A DNA stretch of 64,000 bases, from sequence record MF547663.1, one strand, 5' to 3'. Below the pieces are notes generated by a model, which did not search any database, was not told where the DNA came from, and saw only the letters and a list, made by a program, of their open reading frames with translations. Source of the DNA: Clostridioides phage LIBA2945. Shown here piece after piece: positions 37,214-47,396 of the stretch. Within the stretch, counting starts at the first letter, position 1, and each line of letters starts with the position of its first letter. Both the position numbers and the translations under genes were made by a program.

Positions 37214-39431
37214 GTGTGACTCTATCCTTTAACTCAGCTAATTTTGCATTATTCCAGCTATCCGTAGTTCCAACTAGATATCCTGTAATTCTTTGTATAA
37301 TATTTATGTTATGACTTCCACATTTTGGGCATTCTTTTAACTCTGAATCTGCATTTTCAAAACCACAATTAAGACATCTGCTTCTTGTATGGTTTACAGA
37401 ACCATAACCCATATTGTATTTTTTTATTAAATCCACAACCTTCATTATAGCTTTAGGATTATGTGTTGCATCCCCATCTAATTCAACATAAAATATGTGG
37501 CCACCACCTTCTAATTCATGGTAAGATGCTTCTATTTTCGCTTTATGTTCAACATTGCAGTTATACCAAACTGGAACATGAGAACTATTAGTATAATAAT
37601 CTTTGTCTGTAATATTTTTTATTTCTCCAAATATTTTTTTATCTTTTTGAGTAAATTTTCCAGAAAGACCTTCTGCGGGTGTGCCTAATACAGAATAATT
37701 GAGGTTATATTTCTTTTTATATTTTTCTACTTTAGACTTTAAAAATGATATGATTTCTAAACCTAATTTTTGTGCCTTTTCGCTTTCACCATGATGTTCA
37801 CCTATAAGAGCTATTAAACATTCTGCTAGACCTATAAATCCTACCCCAAGTGTTCCATGCTTTAAAACTTCGCTTACATCATCATTTGGATTTAAATTTT
37901 CTGAGTTTTTCCATAACCCACTCATTAATAGTGGAAACTGTTTTGCTTTAGCAGTACATTGAAATAAGTATCTATCATATAATTGTCTTGCTACTACATC
38001 TGAATATTTATCAAGAAGAAAAATAAACTCTGCAACTCTATTAGCTTCATTATTTGGATATTTTTCTTTAGCCTCTAATGCCATTTTTACTAAATTAAGA
38101 GTCGTAAAAGATAGATTTCCTCTTCCTATACTTGTTTTTTCTCCATGCAAATCTTCAAATACCCTTGTACGACACCCCATTGTTGCTACTTCATAAATAT
38201 ATCTGTTTGGGTCACACATTTTCCATTTTACATGCTTATTGAAGGTTGCATCTAAATTTAAAAAATTAGGGAAAAATCTTTTAGCTGATACTTTACATGC
38301 TAATTCATATAAGTCATAATTTCTATCAGTAGGATTATAGTTCACACCTTCTTTCACTTTCCAGATTTGAATTGGGAAAATTGGTGTTTCTCCATTTCCG
38401 ACTCCTTCATAAGTAGATTTTAGTATTTCTCTTATTATACATCTACCTTCTGCTGAAGTATCTGTACCATAATTTATAGAACTAAACACGACCTGATTTC
38501 CACCCCTTGAATGAATTGTGTTCATATTATGTATAAATGACTCCATTGATTGATGAACTCTCCATACAGTTCTGTTTATAGCATGTTGAACATTTCTTTT
38601 TTCGCTGTCTAATTCTTTTAAGTCCTTAATTATATAATCCTCTATTTCTATATTGTATAAATGAGATAAATCAATATCATCCTTTATTTCTATATTTTTT
38701 ATTTCTTCTATAAATGTTTTTCTTACACTCGGAGCATTATAAAAATCAAAAGCTGGTATCGCCTGTCCTCCATGCATTTCATTTTGTACAGTCTCTAAAC
38801 TAATACATCCTAATATACTTGAAGTCTCTATTCTTTTAGTAGGTCTACTAGAGCCATGTCCCGCTCTAAAACCATTATTAAAAATTTTATCTAAAGGATG
38901 TTGGATACAAGTTAATGATTTCGTAGGATAATAGTCTTTATCATGTATATGTATATAATTATCCATCATTGCTTCTTTTGCTTCTTCAGATAAAAGTACA
39001 TGGTCAGTAAAAGTTTTAGTAGCTTCACTTGCAAACTTCATCATCATACCTGCTGGAGTATCTGCATTCATATTTGCATTTTCTTTAGTTATATCATTAC
39101 TTTCAGTATTTACAATAGACATATAATCATTATAAGTTTTTCTTCCTCTTGCTATATTTCTTTTCTCTCTGTATGTTATATATTCTTTAGCGACATCTTT
39201 CTTTTTACTAGCCATTAAGCTAAATTCGATTATATCTTGTATATCTTCTATATGCATTTTTTCACATGGTTTATTTTTTATTTTTTTAGCTATTAGCGTT
39301 GCTAATTCTCTATCAAATGCTTCACTTTTTCCTTTATTCCTTAATGATAAAAAGCTTTTTTCTATTGCGTCTATTATTTTGTTTTCATCAAAGGGAACTA
39401 TTCTCCCATCTCTTTTAATTACGTTTAACAT
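37206..39431 (-). CDS. nrdD: Anaerobic ribonucleoside-triphosphate reductase (class III)
   Basis: 741 aa. C-terminal Zn ribbon 'CLNCGF...CPKCGS' followed by the glycyl-radical motif 'RITGYLVG'. Confidence 0.8.
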   Translation of the reverse strand: MLNVIKRDGRIVPFDENKIIDAIEKSFLSLRNKGKSEAFDRELATLIAKKIKNKPCEKMHIEDIQDIIEFSLMASKKKDVAKEYITYREKRNIARGRKTYNDYMSIVNTESNDITKENANMNADTPAGMMMKFASEATKTFTDHVLLSEEAKEAMMDNYIHIHDKDYYPTKSLTCIQHPLDKIFNNGFRAGHGSSRPTKRIETSSILGCISLETVQNEMHGGQAIPAFDFYNAPSVRKTFIEEIKNIEIKDDIDLSHLYNIEIEDYIIKDLKELDSEKRNVQHAINRTVWRVHQSMESFIHNMNTIHSRGGNQVVFSSINYGTDTSAEGRCIIREILKSTYEGVGNGETPIFPIQIWKVKEGVNYNPTDRNYDLYELACKVSAKRFFPNFLNLDATFNKHVKWKMCDPNRYIYEVATMGCRTRVFEDLHGEKTSIGRGNLSFTTLNLVKMALEAKEKYPNNEANRVAEFIFLLDKYSDVVARQLYDRYLFQCTAKAKQFPLLMSGLWKNSENLNPNDDVSEVLKHGTLGVGFIGLAECLIALIGEHHGESEKAQKLGLEIISFLKSKVEKYKKKYNLNYSVLGTPAEGLSGKFTQKDKKIFGEIKNITDKDYYTNSSHVPVWYNCNVEHKAKIEASYHELEGGGHIFYVELDGDATHNPKAIMKVVDLIKKYNMGYGSVNHTRSRCLNCGFENADSELKECPKCGSHNINIIQRITGYLVGTTDSWNNAKLAELKDRVTHG

Positions 39432-39570
39432 TAAATACCACTCCTTTGTATTTTATTTAGTTTATAAAAATTTTATAAATTTAATTAAGTTTAATATAAG
39501 TATAACACTCAACTAGATAAAATGCAATACTAGATTTTAAAAATTTTCATTTTAAAATCTAGTATTATCT

Positions 39571-40710
39571 CTATTGTTTTTGCTGCTGAATTGCAAATTG
39601 CTCTAAATATATATCTTTCAAGGTTCTTCTTGTACTTGTATTATTAATAATACTTAATCCAGAACTTGTTTCTCTCATAACTCTGCTCCAAATAGAACTG
39701 CCTTTATCCATATCTATATACTTAATACATTGCATCTTCTTTTTCCAATTTGAGTGTCTCCATAAATATAAATTATGCGCAAGACCTAGATATGCATAAA
39801 ACATGAAATTCTCACAAGTTAATGAGATTTCTTTAGACATTTTTCTTCCTTCATAAGACATCATCTCAGGATAAATTTTAACTAATTCTTCAAAAAACTC
39901 TTTTAAAAATTTAAAACATTCTTCTTCCATATTTTTGTCTTCGATATCACTAAAAGTATTTTTAAATGCTGTTACAAGTGTATTTAAAGTAACAATATTC
40001 ATCATATCATTTTTTGCAATAGATGTTTTAACCATATCTATTTTATTCTTTAATGCCCCTTTTTCATTTAATTTTATCATAATACGATTTACTGCATCCT
40101 GTTTATTAAAAGATTCAATTCTCGACTTAGAAAGAGTTTCGTGCAAGTTTAATTGCCAGAAATGTTCCATTGCAACTTCCATGTTATGACAAGTTATTAG
40201 AACAGGAAATTTAAGAGTTTTTAATATTTTTATTATTCTCTTTTCATCTTCTCCTCCTATTATTTTGGCATCCTGATATATATTATGTATTGCTTTTGTT
40301 CTATGTTGACCATCTTGCATACACATTAAACCTAGTATTATTGTTAGTTGCGAAGTATATTCATCATATATTACTTTTCCTTCTTTCCCATTTTCATCAA
40401 GTATATTTATTGTTAGTTGGTCTGGAAAATATTTTTCTTGTAATATCTTTTTTTGAATACTTTTGACTCTTGTTTTATTAAAAACTGCTTTATATTTAAA
40501 TGTTCCATCTGCTTGTTTTTTTGCTAATAGACCACGCTGTGTTGCAGGATAGTATATTATTTTTTGTTCATCCCATAATTTTGCTATTTCATATGCAGAA
40601 ATATTTATAGTCCACATTTTTTTATATAAGTGGTCTACTCCTTGAAATGTGTAGTTCTCAGTAAGTTTATGTTCATTAGGATTATATATATTATCAAATG
40701 TTATCGCCAA
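39571..40710 (-). CDS. DGQHR-domain protein (DndB-like / ParB-fold), 379 aa, stand-alone
   Basis: 'LMCMQDGQHRTKAI' motif read directly. No dndCDE/dpdA partner seen in the window. Confidence 0.55.
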   Translation of the reverse strand: MAITFDNIYNPNEHKLTENYTFQGVDHLYKKMWTINISAYEIAKLWDEQKIIYYPATQRGLLAKKQADGTFKYKAVFNKTRVKSIQKKILQEKYFPDQLTINILDENGKEGKVIYDEYTSQLTIILGLMCMQDGQHRTKAIHNIYQDAKIIGGEDEKRIIKILKTLKFPVLITCHNMEVAMEHFWQLNLHETLSKSRIESFNKQDAVNRIMIKLNEKGALKNKIDMVKTSIAKNDMMNIVTLNTLVTAFKNTFSDIEDKNMEEECFKFLKEFFEELVKIYPEMMSYEGRKMSKEISLTCENFMFYAYLGLAHNLYLWRHSNWKKKMQCIKYIDMDKGSSIWSRVMRETSSGLSIINNTSTRRTLKDIYLEQFAIQQQKQ

Positions 40711-40880
40711 TTAAATCTCTCCTTATTTTGTATTTTATTATATTATTATTATATACCATTTTCAACTGAATAAAAATAGACTTTAAACAATTTATCTGTT
40801 TTTTATTTAGTTTATAATTTACTCTAACATCCTTATTTTATACATAATCCTAAGTTTTAAATCTTATTAAAATAGTGATT

Positions 40881-41183
40881 TTAATTACTTTTTTTCTTCT
40901 TAGATTCCTCCTCTGTCTTTTTCTTATTTTTTAAATTTCTTGCTTCCTCTTCTATTAATTCAATCATAGTATCAATAAAGGTTTTTACAAATATTTTTTT
41001 ATAATTTTTAAATTCTTTATCAGTCAAATCTAACTCTTGTTCATCTACGATATTTTGGAATCTATCATTCGCAAATTTTTCTAAATATTTTTTTGAATAT
41101 GTTATAGTAAAACATGCTTTGAATGATTTAGCATATTCTTTAGTCCAATCTTTTAAATTATTTAATTCTATTCTTAATCCCAT
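40881..41183 (-). CDS. Hypothetical protein, 100 aa, with a K/E-rich C-terminus
   Basis: ORF. Confidence 0.3.
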   Translation of the reverse strand: MGLRIELNNLKDWTKEYAKSFKACFTITYSKKYLEKFANDRFQNIVDEQELDLTDKEFKNYKKIFVKTFIDTMIELIEEEARNLKNKKKTEEESKKKKSN

Positions 41184-41295
41184 TTGAATCCCCTTTTATT
41201 TATAAAAATTTAATTCCTCTATATTTATATATTTTATCTTTTTTAGATTTTATTTATTCTTTAAAATCACCACTAGAATTTTATTTATGGCATAT

Positions 41296-44200
41296 TTATT
41301 CAATTATCCAGTAAGAACTTACCCATATATCAATTCCCTCTACATCTACATAATCATCATTTATAAATCTCTTTTTTGATTCAGTTCTAGTTTTATTTAA
41401 ATATACTTTGTCAAACAATTTAATTGGATTGTTTTTAAATGTTTTTTTCTTTATCTTACATTCTTTTATTCTTCCAGAGCGTATATTATAAAATGTAATT
41501 TTAGGGGAGTACTTAGTATTAATATCTACAGCTATACAATGCCTTGGATTTTCATCAGATTTAATAATATTACAACTTCCTACATTTTCATAATGAGCTT
41601 TAATTAATTCTTCAATTGGAATATCTTTATTCTCAAAAACATCTTCCATGTATTCACACAATGCTAAAATATTTACATCCATGAACATTTTTTCAGTTTT
41701 TCTATTTGCGAATTTTTCTATATATTTCGCATAGATATTAGTTTTCTTTAATTGTTTTTTTTCATAAAAAGCACTAAATACTTGAACAATATTTAATAAT
41801 TTAGATGTCTTACCAAACTCTTCAAAAAAGTTTAACTTAATTAATATTTCTAATTGTCTACTATTGATATTTTTATTTAAATCAATTAACAATTTAGTAA
41901 AAGTATTATATTCATTATTTCTTAATGAATATAAATATTCAGCAACTTCAGTATTTAAATATTTAATACTTGATATACCTTTATATATAGTATTTGTTTT
42001 TTTGTCCATGAAATACTCTGCTCTTGAATATCTAAATTTACAATTTTTAACTTCTATCCCATATTCTTTTGCCAACTTTATTCCATTATTCAAATCTTCT
42101 TCATTATCTGCCCAATTTAAATATGATGTTGTAAATTCTAAAGGATAGTAGTATCTTAACATTCCACATATATAACCATTCATAGAGTATCCAGTTGAAT
42201 GGTTGTATCCAAATTGATATTCTGAAGAATCTGATATTATTTGTATAAATTCTTTCGCTTCTTTTTCAGCTATTTCTTTGGGTTTATTTGAGTGTTTACA
42301 ATAGCCATTTAAAATCTTTGGCAATTGTTTTTCTAATTCAACATCATCTTTTTTTCCTATTGCTCTTCTAGTTGTATCAGCTAAAGAGCCATCAAAATCA
42401 CATATGTCTGTTAAGAACTTTATTGTATCTTCTTGAAATACTAAAAACCCATTATTATCTTTTAATAATTCATCTATTTCTTCTGATGGATTTTTATTAA
42501 ATTCTCTATTTATTAATCTTTCTCTATATGATTTTCCACTAGGTCTTAAACTTGCATTTACTAAAGACATATCATTTACACATTTTGCTTTATATGTACT
42601 TAATAAATCAAAAGCGTAATCACCTTCAAATTGAAAAATTCCAACATTAATTCTATTTATATCTTCCCAAACATTTTTATCATTCCAATTTATTTCGTGA
42701 GCATACTTCCACTCTTTATTTATAAGTCTATACGTATCTTGAATTATACCTATAGTTTTTAATCCTAATATATCAAATTTCACATAATTCAATGAATCTA
42801 CTGCTTTCATCGTGCAAAATGATACTGGACTGTTTTCATTTCCATCTTTATAAAATACACCCAAATTATCATACAAAGTTATTGGGCTACCAATCATCCC
42901 TGCTGGATGTGTACCTTTAGAAGTTATTACTCCTCTAATCCCATCAAAATAATAAAACAAATCCTTATTATGTTCTCTTAACTCATCCCACATTTCTTTT
43001 AATTTAATTAATCTTTGTTTTTTCTTATTGTTTCTTATTGTATGCAAATATAATTCATGGTCTATAAAGTCTGGCGATTTACTTTCTTTGCCTTCTAGCT
43101 CTTCTATGTTTATTTCTTCTATAATTATCTTGGAATATTCTTTAAAGATATTATCAAATGTGTCTTTTATATTTTTAACCAAATTCAAATTATCATAATT
43201 TAATCCTTTAGCAAGTACATCTATACTGCCTCTATCCTTTATAGTTTGAAATGTTAGTATATATGATACTTTATCTTTTCCAAATCTATTAATTATATAT
43301 TCATAAACCTTTTGTCTATCTGATGGACTAAAATCTAAATCTATATCTCCAAGTGATATTCTATCAGCATTGCAGAACCTTGAAAATGCAGTTTTCCATC
43401 TAATAGCATCCACATCTGTTATTCCTGTTATGTATGCTATTAAAGAACCACCAACAGAACCTCTACATGGGCTAACATGAATATCATTATCTTTGCACCA
43501 ATTTACTAATTCAGCTACAAACAGCATGAAACTAGCCATGCCTTGATTACACATTATTTCATATTCTTCTTGTACTCTTAGTTTATATATATCTATTTTT
43601 TCTTTTTCAATAGCATTTACATTTATTAATTTTAAAAGTTTTTCATCTATGTAATCTTTCCATGTTTGATTGGCATTTTCCCCATATAAATTAGGATATT
43701 TAAAAGTTTTATCTAGTGTAAAATCTTCAACCATAGCAGCTAATTTATTTGTATTATTAATTGCTTCCAATATAATATCAATAGGTAGAATATTTTGTTT
43801 TTTAAACTCATCAACTAAATCATCATAATTTTTCCATGTTAAGTCAAATTCATCTTCTTCTCCATAGAAGCTATTTTTAGATTTTTGAAGCACTTTTCTA
43901 CATTCTGCTTTATATTCAGATGATGAATGAGTGTCTGTCCCTGCTATCAATGGTATTCCATATAAGATACTCCACTCATAGAGCATCTTATTATACTCTT
44001 TTTGACTATCGCAGTTGTGATATTGTATTTCTAAAAAACATCTATGATTATTTTTAGACATCCATTCTAGTAACTCTTGTCTTTTTTTAATATTATAATT
44101 ATATTTCTCAATACCCTCAATATCTATTATATTTGTATCACCTAGCTTCCATAATGGTGATGCTAGACAAGCAGAAGTTATTATTATATTATCGCTTGTA

Positions 44201-44628
44201 TTCATTAATTCATCAAATGATATTCTTGGATTGAAATAAAAATGACGGTCACTATTATCTTTTAAAATTCCTTTAGATGTAGCTTTTGACATTAGAGAAT
44301 TTAACTCTCTAACACCTTTTAAATTTTTTGCATATAAGCCAATATGCCAACCTCTATTATTATCTTCTAAATTTATGCATGTATATAGTTCTACACCATG
44401 AATATACTTTATTTCTGCGTTATCACACGCCTGTTTCTTTTTTACCCAGTCATAAATACCACCATGATTGCTAAATGCTATTGCTTTCATGTTATTTTCT
44501 TTTGCTAATGATATATATTCATCATATTTGCTACATGAGTCAGCAAAACCATTACAATTAGAAGTATCATCATGTAAGTGGTATACAACATAATTATTTG
44601 TTAATATTTCTTTTTGTATTTTATTCAT
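41296..44628 (-). CDS. dnaE: DNA polymerase III alpha subunit (DnaE-type, N-terminal PHP domain)
   Basis: PHP 'VVYHLHDDTSNCNGFADS'. 1110 aa. The polymerase core region. Confidence 0.7.
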   Translation of the reverse strand: MNKIQKEILTNNYVVYHLHDDTSNCNGFADSCSKYDEYISLAKENNMKAIAFSNHGGIYDWVKKKQACDNAEIKYIHGVELYTCINLEDNNRGWHIGLYAKNLKGVRELNSLMSKATSKGILKDNSDRHFYFNPRISFDELMNTSDNIIITSACLASPLWKLGDTNIIDIEGIEKYNYNIKKRQELLEWMSKNNHRCFLEIQYHNCDSQKEYNKMLYEWSILYGIPLIAGTDTHSSSEYKAECRKVLQKSKNSFYGEEDEFDLTWKNYDDLVDEFKKQNILPIDIILEAINNTNKLAAMVEDFTLDKTFKYPNLYGENANQTWKDYIDEKLLKLINVNAIEKEKIDIYKLRVQEEYEIMCNQGMASFMLFVAELVNWCKDNDIHVSPCRGSVGGSLIAYITGITDVDAIRWKTAFSRFCNADRISLGDIDLDFSPSDRQKVYEYIINRFGKDKVSYILTFQTIKDRGSIDVLAKGLNYDNLNLVKNIKDTFDNIFKEYSKIIIEEINIEELEGKESKSPDFIDHELYLHTIRNNKKKQRLIKLKEMWDELREHNKDLFYYFDGIRGVITSKGTHPAGMIGSPITLYDNLGVFYKDGNENSPVSFCTMKAVDSLNYVKFDILGLKTIGIIQDTYRLINKEWKYAHEINWNDKNVWEDINRINVGIFQFEGDYAFDLLSTYKAKCVNDMSLVNASLRPSGKSYRERLINREFNKNPSEEIDELLKDNNGFLVFQEDTIKFLTDICDFDGSLADTTRRAIGKKDDVELEKQLPKILNGYCKHSNKPKEIAEKEAKEFIQIISDSSEYQFGYNHSTGYSMNGYICGMLRYYYPLEFTTSYLNWADNEEDLNNGIKLAKEYGIEVKNCKFRYSRAEYFMDKKTNTIYKGISSIKYLNTEVAEYLYSLRNNEYNTFTKLLIDLNKNINSRQLEILIKLNFFEEFGKTSKLLNIVQVFSAFYEKKQLKKTNIYAKYIEKFANRKTEKMFMDVNILALCEYMEDVFENKDIPIEELIKAHYENVGSCNIIKSDENPRHCIAVDINTKYSPKITFYNIRSGRIKECKIKKKTFKNNPIKLFDKVYLNKTRTESKKRFINDDYVDVEGIDIWVSSYWIIE

Positions 44629-46321
44629 TTACAACACTACTTTCAACATCTATTATATCTATATAAGAATATCCATTTTCATTGTTTTTAATAGAAAATA
44701 ATATATTCATTATTAAATCCTTAGATTTAAGATTATTATTATCTTCGTTAATCATTTTGCTAAAAAATTTTTTACTACAAAAATCTTTTTTAAATAAAAT
44801 TTTATCTTTCATAAAACTATAACTAGCATTCCCATATTTTTTTATATCCATTGTATTTATTCTTAAGTCTTTAATTATAAATTTAGGTCTTTCAATTGTC
44901 CCACACCAAATATCTTCTAATTCTCCTATACATATTAAATCATTTATGTTTATATTGCTGTCAAATACAAAATCTACTTCTACATTACTTGTTATTGTTA
45001 TATTTTTAAATTTATCATTTGTATATTTTATAAACTTACTTATATTTTCTTTGGGAAACTCATATCCAAAACTAGATTCATGTCCTTTACACCAATTGAA
45101 TAATTTGCTGTCTACACAAATAGATTTAAAATTATCTATATAATTAGGGCATCTTACTGAACCTGTATAATTATTTTTATTGTCAGATTCTCTTATCATA
45201 AGTATTGGCTTGTTGAATACATTCATAAATTTATTTGCTACCAATCCTGTTACTTTTGCATCTATACTATTTGAATCAATTAATACAACCTTATCATTCT
45301 CCACTGAAAATAGTTTTACATTTCCCTTTATTGCTTTATCAGTTATATCTTTTTGCTTTCTTTTATAGTTTTTACCTATCCTTATAATAGCATCTTGTAA
45401 TTTCTGTTTTTTAATTTCTCCTTTTGATTTATATGTAATTGTTTTTTCTTCACCTATAAAAGCTCTAAACAACAATTCTTTATCTTCTATTGTTCCATTT
45501 CTAATTATTGCATTTATTATGGGTGAAATACCCCAAACAACATTGTCTATCTTTAAATAATTTTTTATTTTTAAATCATGAACAAATGATAATATTAAGG
45601 GATTAGTTATATGGTTTACTTGCTTACCTATATTGAATATATATCTGTTTTCTAGTGACCTCATATCCATAGAATCACTTATATTTGCAACATTAGCCAA
45701 GTCAATATATTTATATCCTATATCTAAATTTACTTTATCTACTATGTATCTTATGAATTTATATGTAACCATCGCCCCACTACCATCTATATTTTCTACT
45801 TCTCCATTTTTATTATTAATTATTATGCTTGTATCTGGCACTTTAGTTAAATCATACATATGATGGTCTAATGCAATGAAATCTATTCCATTCCTATTCA
45901 ATTCTATTTGTTCTTTAAAATTTTCTGATGAGCTATCTGGAGTAATCAATAGTTTTGTGTTGTCTTCAATTACTTTATCCATAACCTCTTTTGTTAGTCC
46001 ATGAACTTTTGCCTTTTCAGTATGTTGTATATAATACACATTGTCATATTGTAAGTCAAATTTAATAAACATATATATTATTGAAGAACTACAATAACCA
46101 TCAACATCTGTATCCACTAGTATACCTATTTTATTATTATTTCTAATATTTTTTAATAAACAATTGTAGGCTCTATCAATATTGGTGTAATTATTATAAT
46201 CTTCCCAATTTAAAATATCTGCATTTAAAAGCCAATTTATTTTTTGATTATCAAGACCTCTATTTTTTAAAACAGTATTTAATACTGTATCTTCTATATG
46301 GTTTTTTAGTTCCCATTCCAA
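44621..46321 (-). CDS. DHH-family phosphoesterase (RecJ-like exonuclease candidate), 566 aa
   Basis: Motif I 'VDTDVDGYCSS' and motif III 'LDHH' read directly. Overlaps the dnaE start. Confidence 0.55.
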   Translation of the reverse strand: MEWELKNHIEDTVLNTVLKNRGLDNQKINWLLNADILNWEDYNNYTNIDRAYNCLLKNIRNNNKIGILVDTDVDGYCSSSIIYMFIKFDLQYDNVYYIQHTEKAKVHGLTKEVMDKVIEDNTKLLITPDSSSENFKEQIELNRNGIDFIALDHHMYDLTKVPDTSIIINNKNGEVENIDGSGAMVTYKFIRYIVDKVNLDIGYKYIDLANVANISDSMDMRSLENRYIFNIGKQVNHITNPLILSFVHDLKIKNYLKIDNVVWGISPIINAIIRNGTIEDKELLFRAFIGEEKTITYKSKGEIKKQKLQDAIIRIGKNYKRKQKDITDKAIKGNVKLFSVENDKVVLIDSNSIDAKVTGLVANKFMNVFNKPILMIRESDNKNNYTGSVRCPNYIDNFKSICVDSKLFNWCKGHESSFGYEFPKENISKFIKYTNDKFKNITITSNVEVDFVFDSNININDLICIGELEDIWCGTIERPKFIIKDLRINTMDIKKYGNASYSFMKDKILFKKDFCSKKFFSKMINEDNNNLKSKDLIMNILFSIKNNENGYSYIDIIDVESSVVNE

Positions 46322-47203
46322 TCAATCACCTACTTTAATTTTATTTTTTAACAATTTTTCAAAAACATCTTTCCCTTTATCTATTGGAGAGTCTTTGTAA
46401 GACAATAAATTCTCTACATCCCATAACACATATACATCTACTAACCCAGATAGATTTTTAGTCATTTTTTTTATTTTATTCCACCATTTAGTACAATCAT
46501 CATCTTCTAGTTCTTGAAATTGTCTATCATATGCTATTATGATTTCTGTTACTCCTAAATCCAAAATCATTTTTTTCTGATAATTAGAAAATGAACTTCC
46601 ACAGGTCGCAACTGCTATATTATTTTTAGGATATATGGTCTCAAACTTTAATACTGATTTTTCACCTTCAAATATAAAAACTTTTTTCTTATGTCTTATA
46701 TTTTCTTTGTTTTTATTTAATCCATACAAATTCTTTCCTAATGGATGGTTATATCCTTTATCATCTAACCATAATGGATAATATTTTCCATATCTTTTCG
46801 TTAGATATTTATTAAATGCTCTTACTCTTATGCCTACAACTTCATTATTAATATTCATATGTGGAATTACAACCCTATTGTTCTCTATATCATACCTTAC
46901 ATCAAAATTTTTTATAGCTTCAAATGATATTCCTTCCTCTTCCCATTGCTTAATGCGTTTTTGTGGGTACGTCCTGTGTAAAAAAGGCTTATCTATACGA
47001 TTTAATATTTCAACTTCTATATCTAATATGGATTTGCTTTTAGTTAGATTAAGTGTACCAAAACCTATTTTTGGTTCGTAACAATATGTGCATTTCACTA
47101 TATCTGTGATGAATTTAATGGAACTTTTAAAATCTATATTTTTAGATGCCATAACCAAATCAAATAAAGACATATTTCCACAATTAGTAAAACAAGTAAA
47201 CAA
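46322..47203 (-). CDS. Toprim-domain protein, putative DNA primase, 293 aa
   Basis: 'VFIFEGEKSVL' (EG) and 'IIIAYDRQ' resemble DnaG Toprim E / DxD elements. It sits between helicase and polymerase. Tentative. Confidence 0.35.
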   Translation of the reverse strand: MFTCFTNCGNMSLFDLVMASKNIDFKSSIKFITDIVKCTYCYEPKIGFGTLNLTKSKSILDIEVEILNRIDKPFLHRTYPQKRIKQWEEEGISFEAIKNFDVRYDIENNRVVIPHMNINNEVVGIRVRAFNKYLTKRYGKYYPLWLDDKGYNHPLGKNLYGLNKNKENIRHKKKVFIFEGEKSVLKFETIYPKNNIAVATCGSSFSNYQKKMILDLGVTEIIIAYDRQFQELEDDDCTKWWNKIKKMTKNLSGLVDVYVLWDVENLLSYKDSPIDKGKDVFEKLLKNKIKVGD

Positions 47204-47396
47204 CTTTGAATCTTTATGATAATATAATTTATAGCTACACTCATCATTTGGATTATTGTGACATATTGTTTTAAATATTAATTCTTTGTCATTACTTCTT
47301 TCAGATAAATCACTTCCAAGTTCACTAAGTATTTTTATTATATCTTCTTCAGTTATGCTTTTTAAAAGCTCTTTCGCATCTATATATAATCACCTC

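Noticed and set aside
36221-47081. Assorted short antisense ORFs (36221-36457, 39000-39218, 39935-40189, 41864-42148, 44946-45368, 45633-45863, 46830-47081, 52412-52663, 54460-54786, 56650-56850)
   Set aside because: They are embedded antisense in genes with clear motifs (nrdD, DGQHR, dnaE, DHH). They show low-complexity translations.
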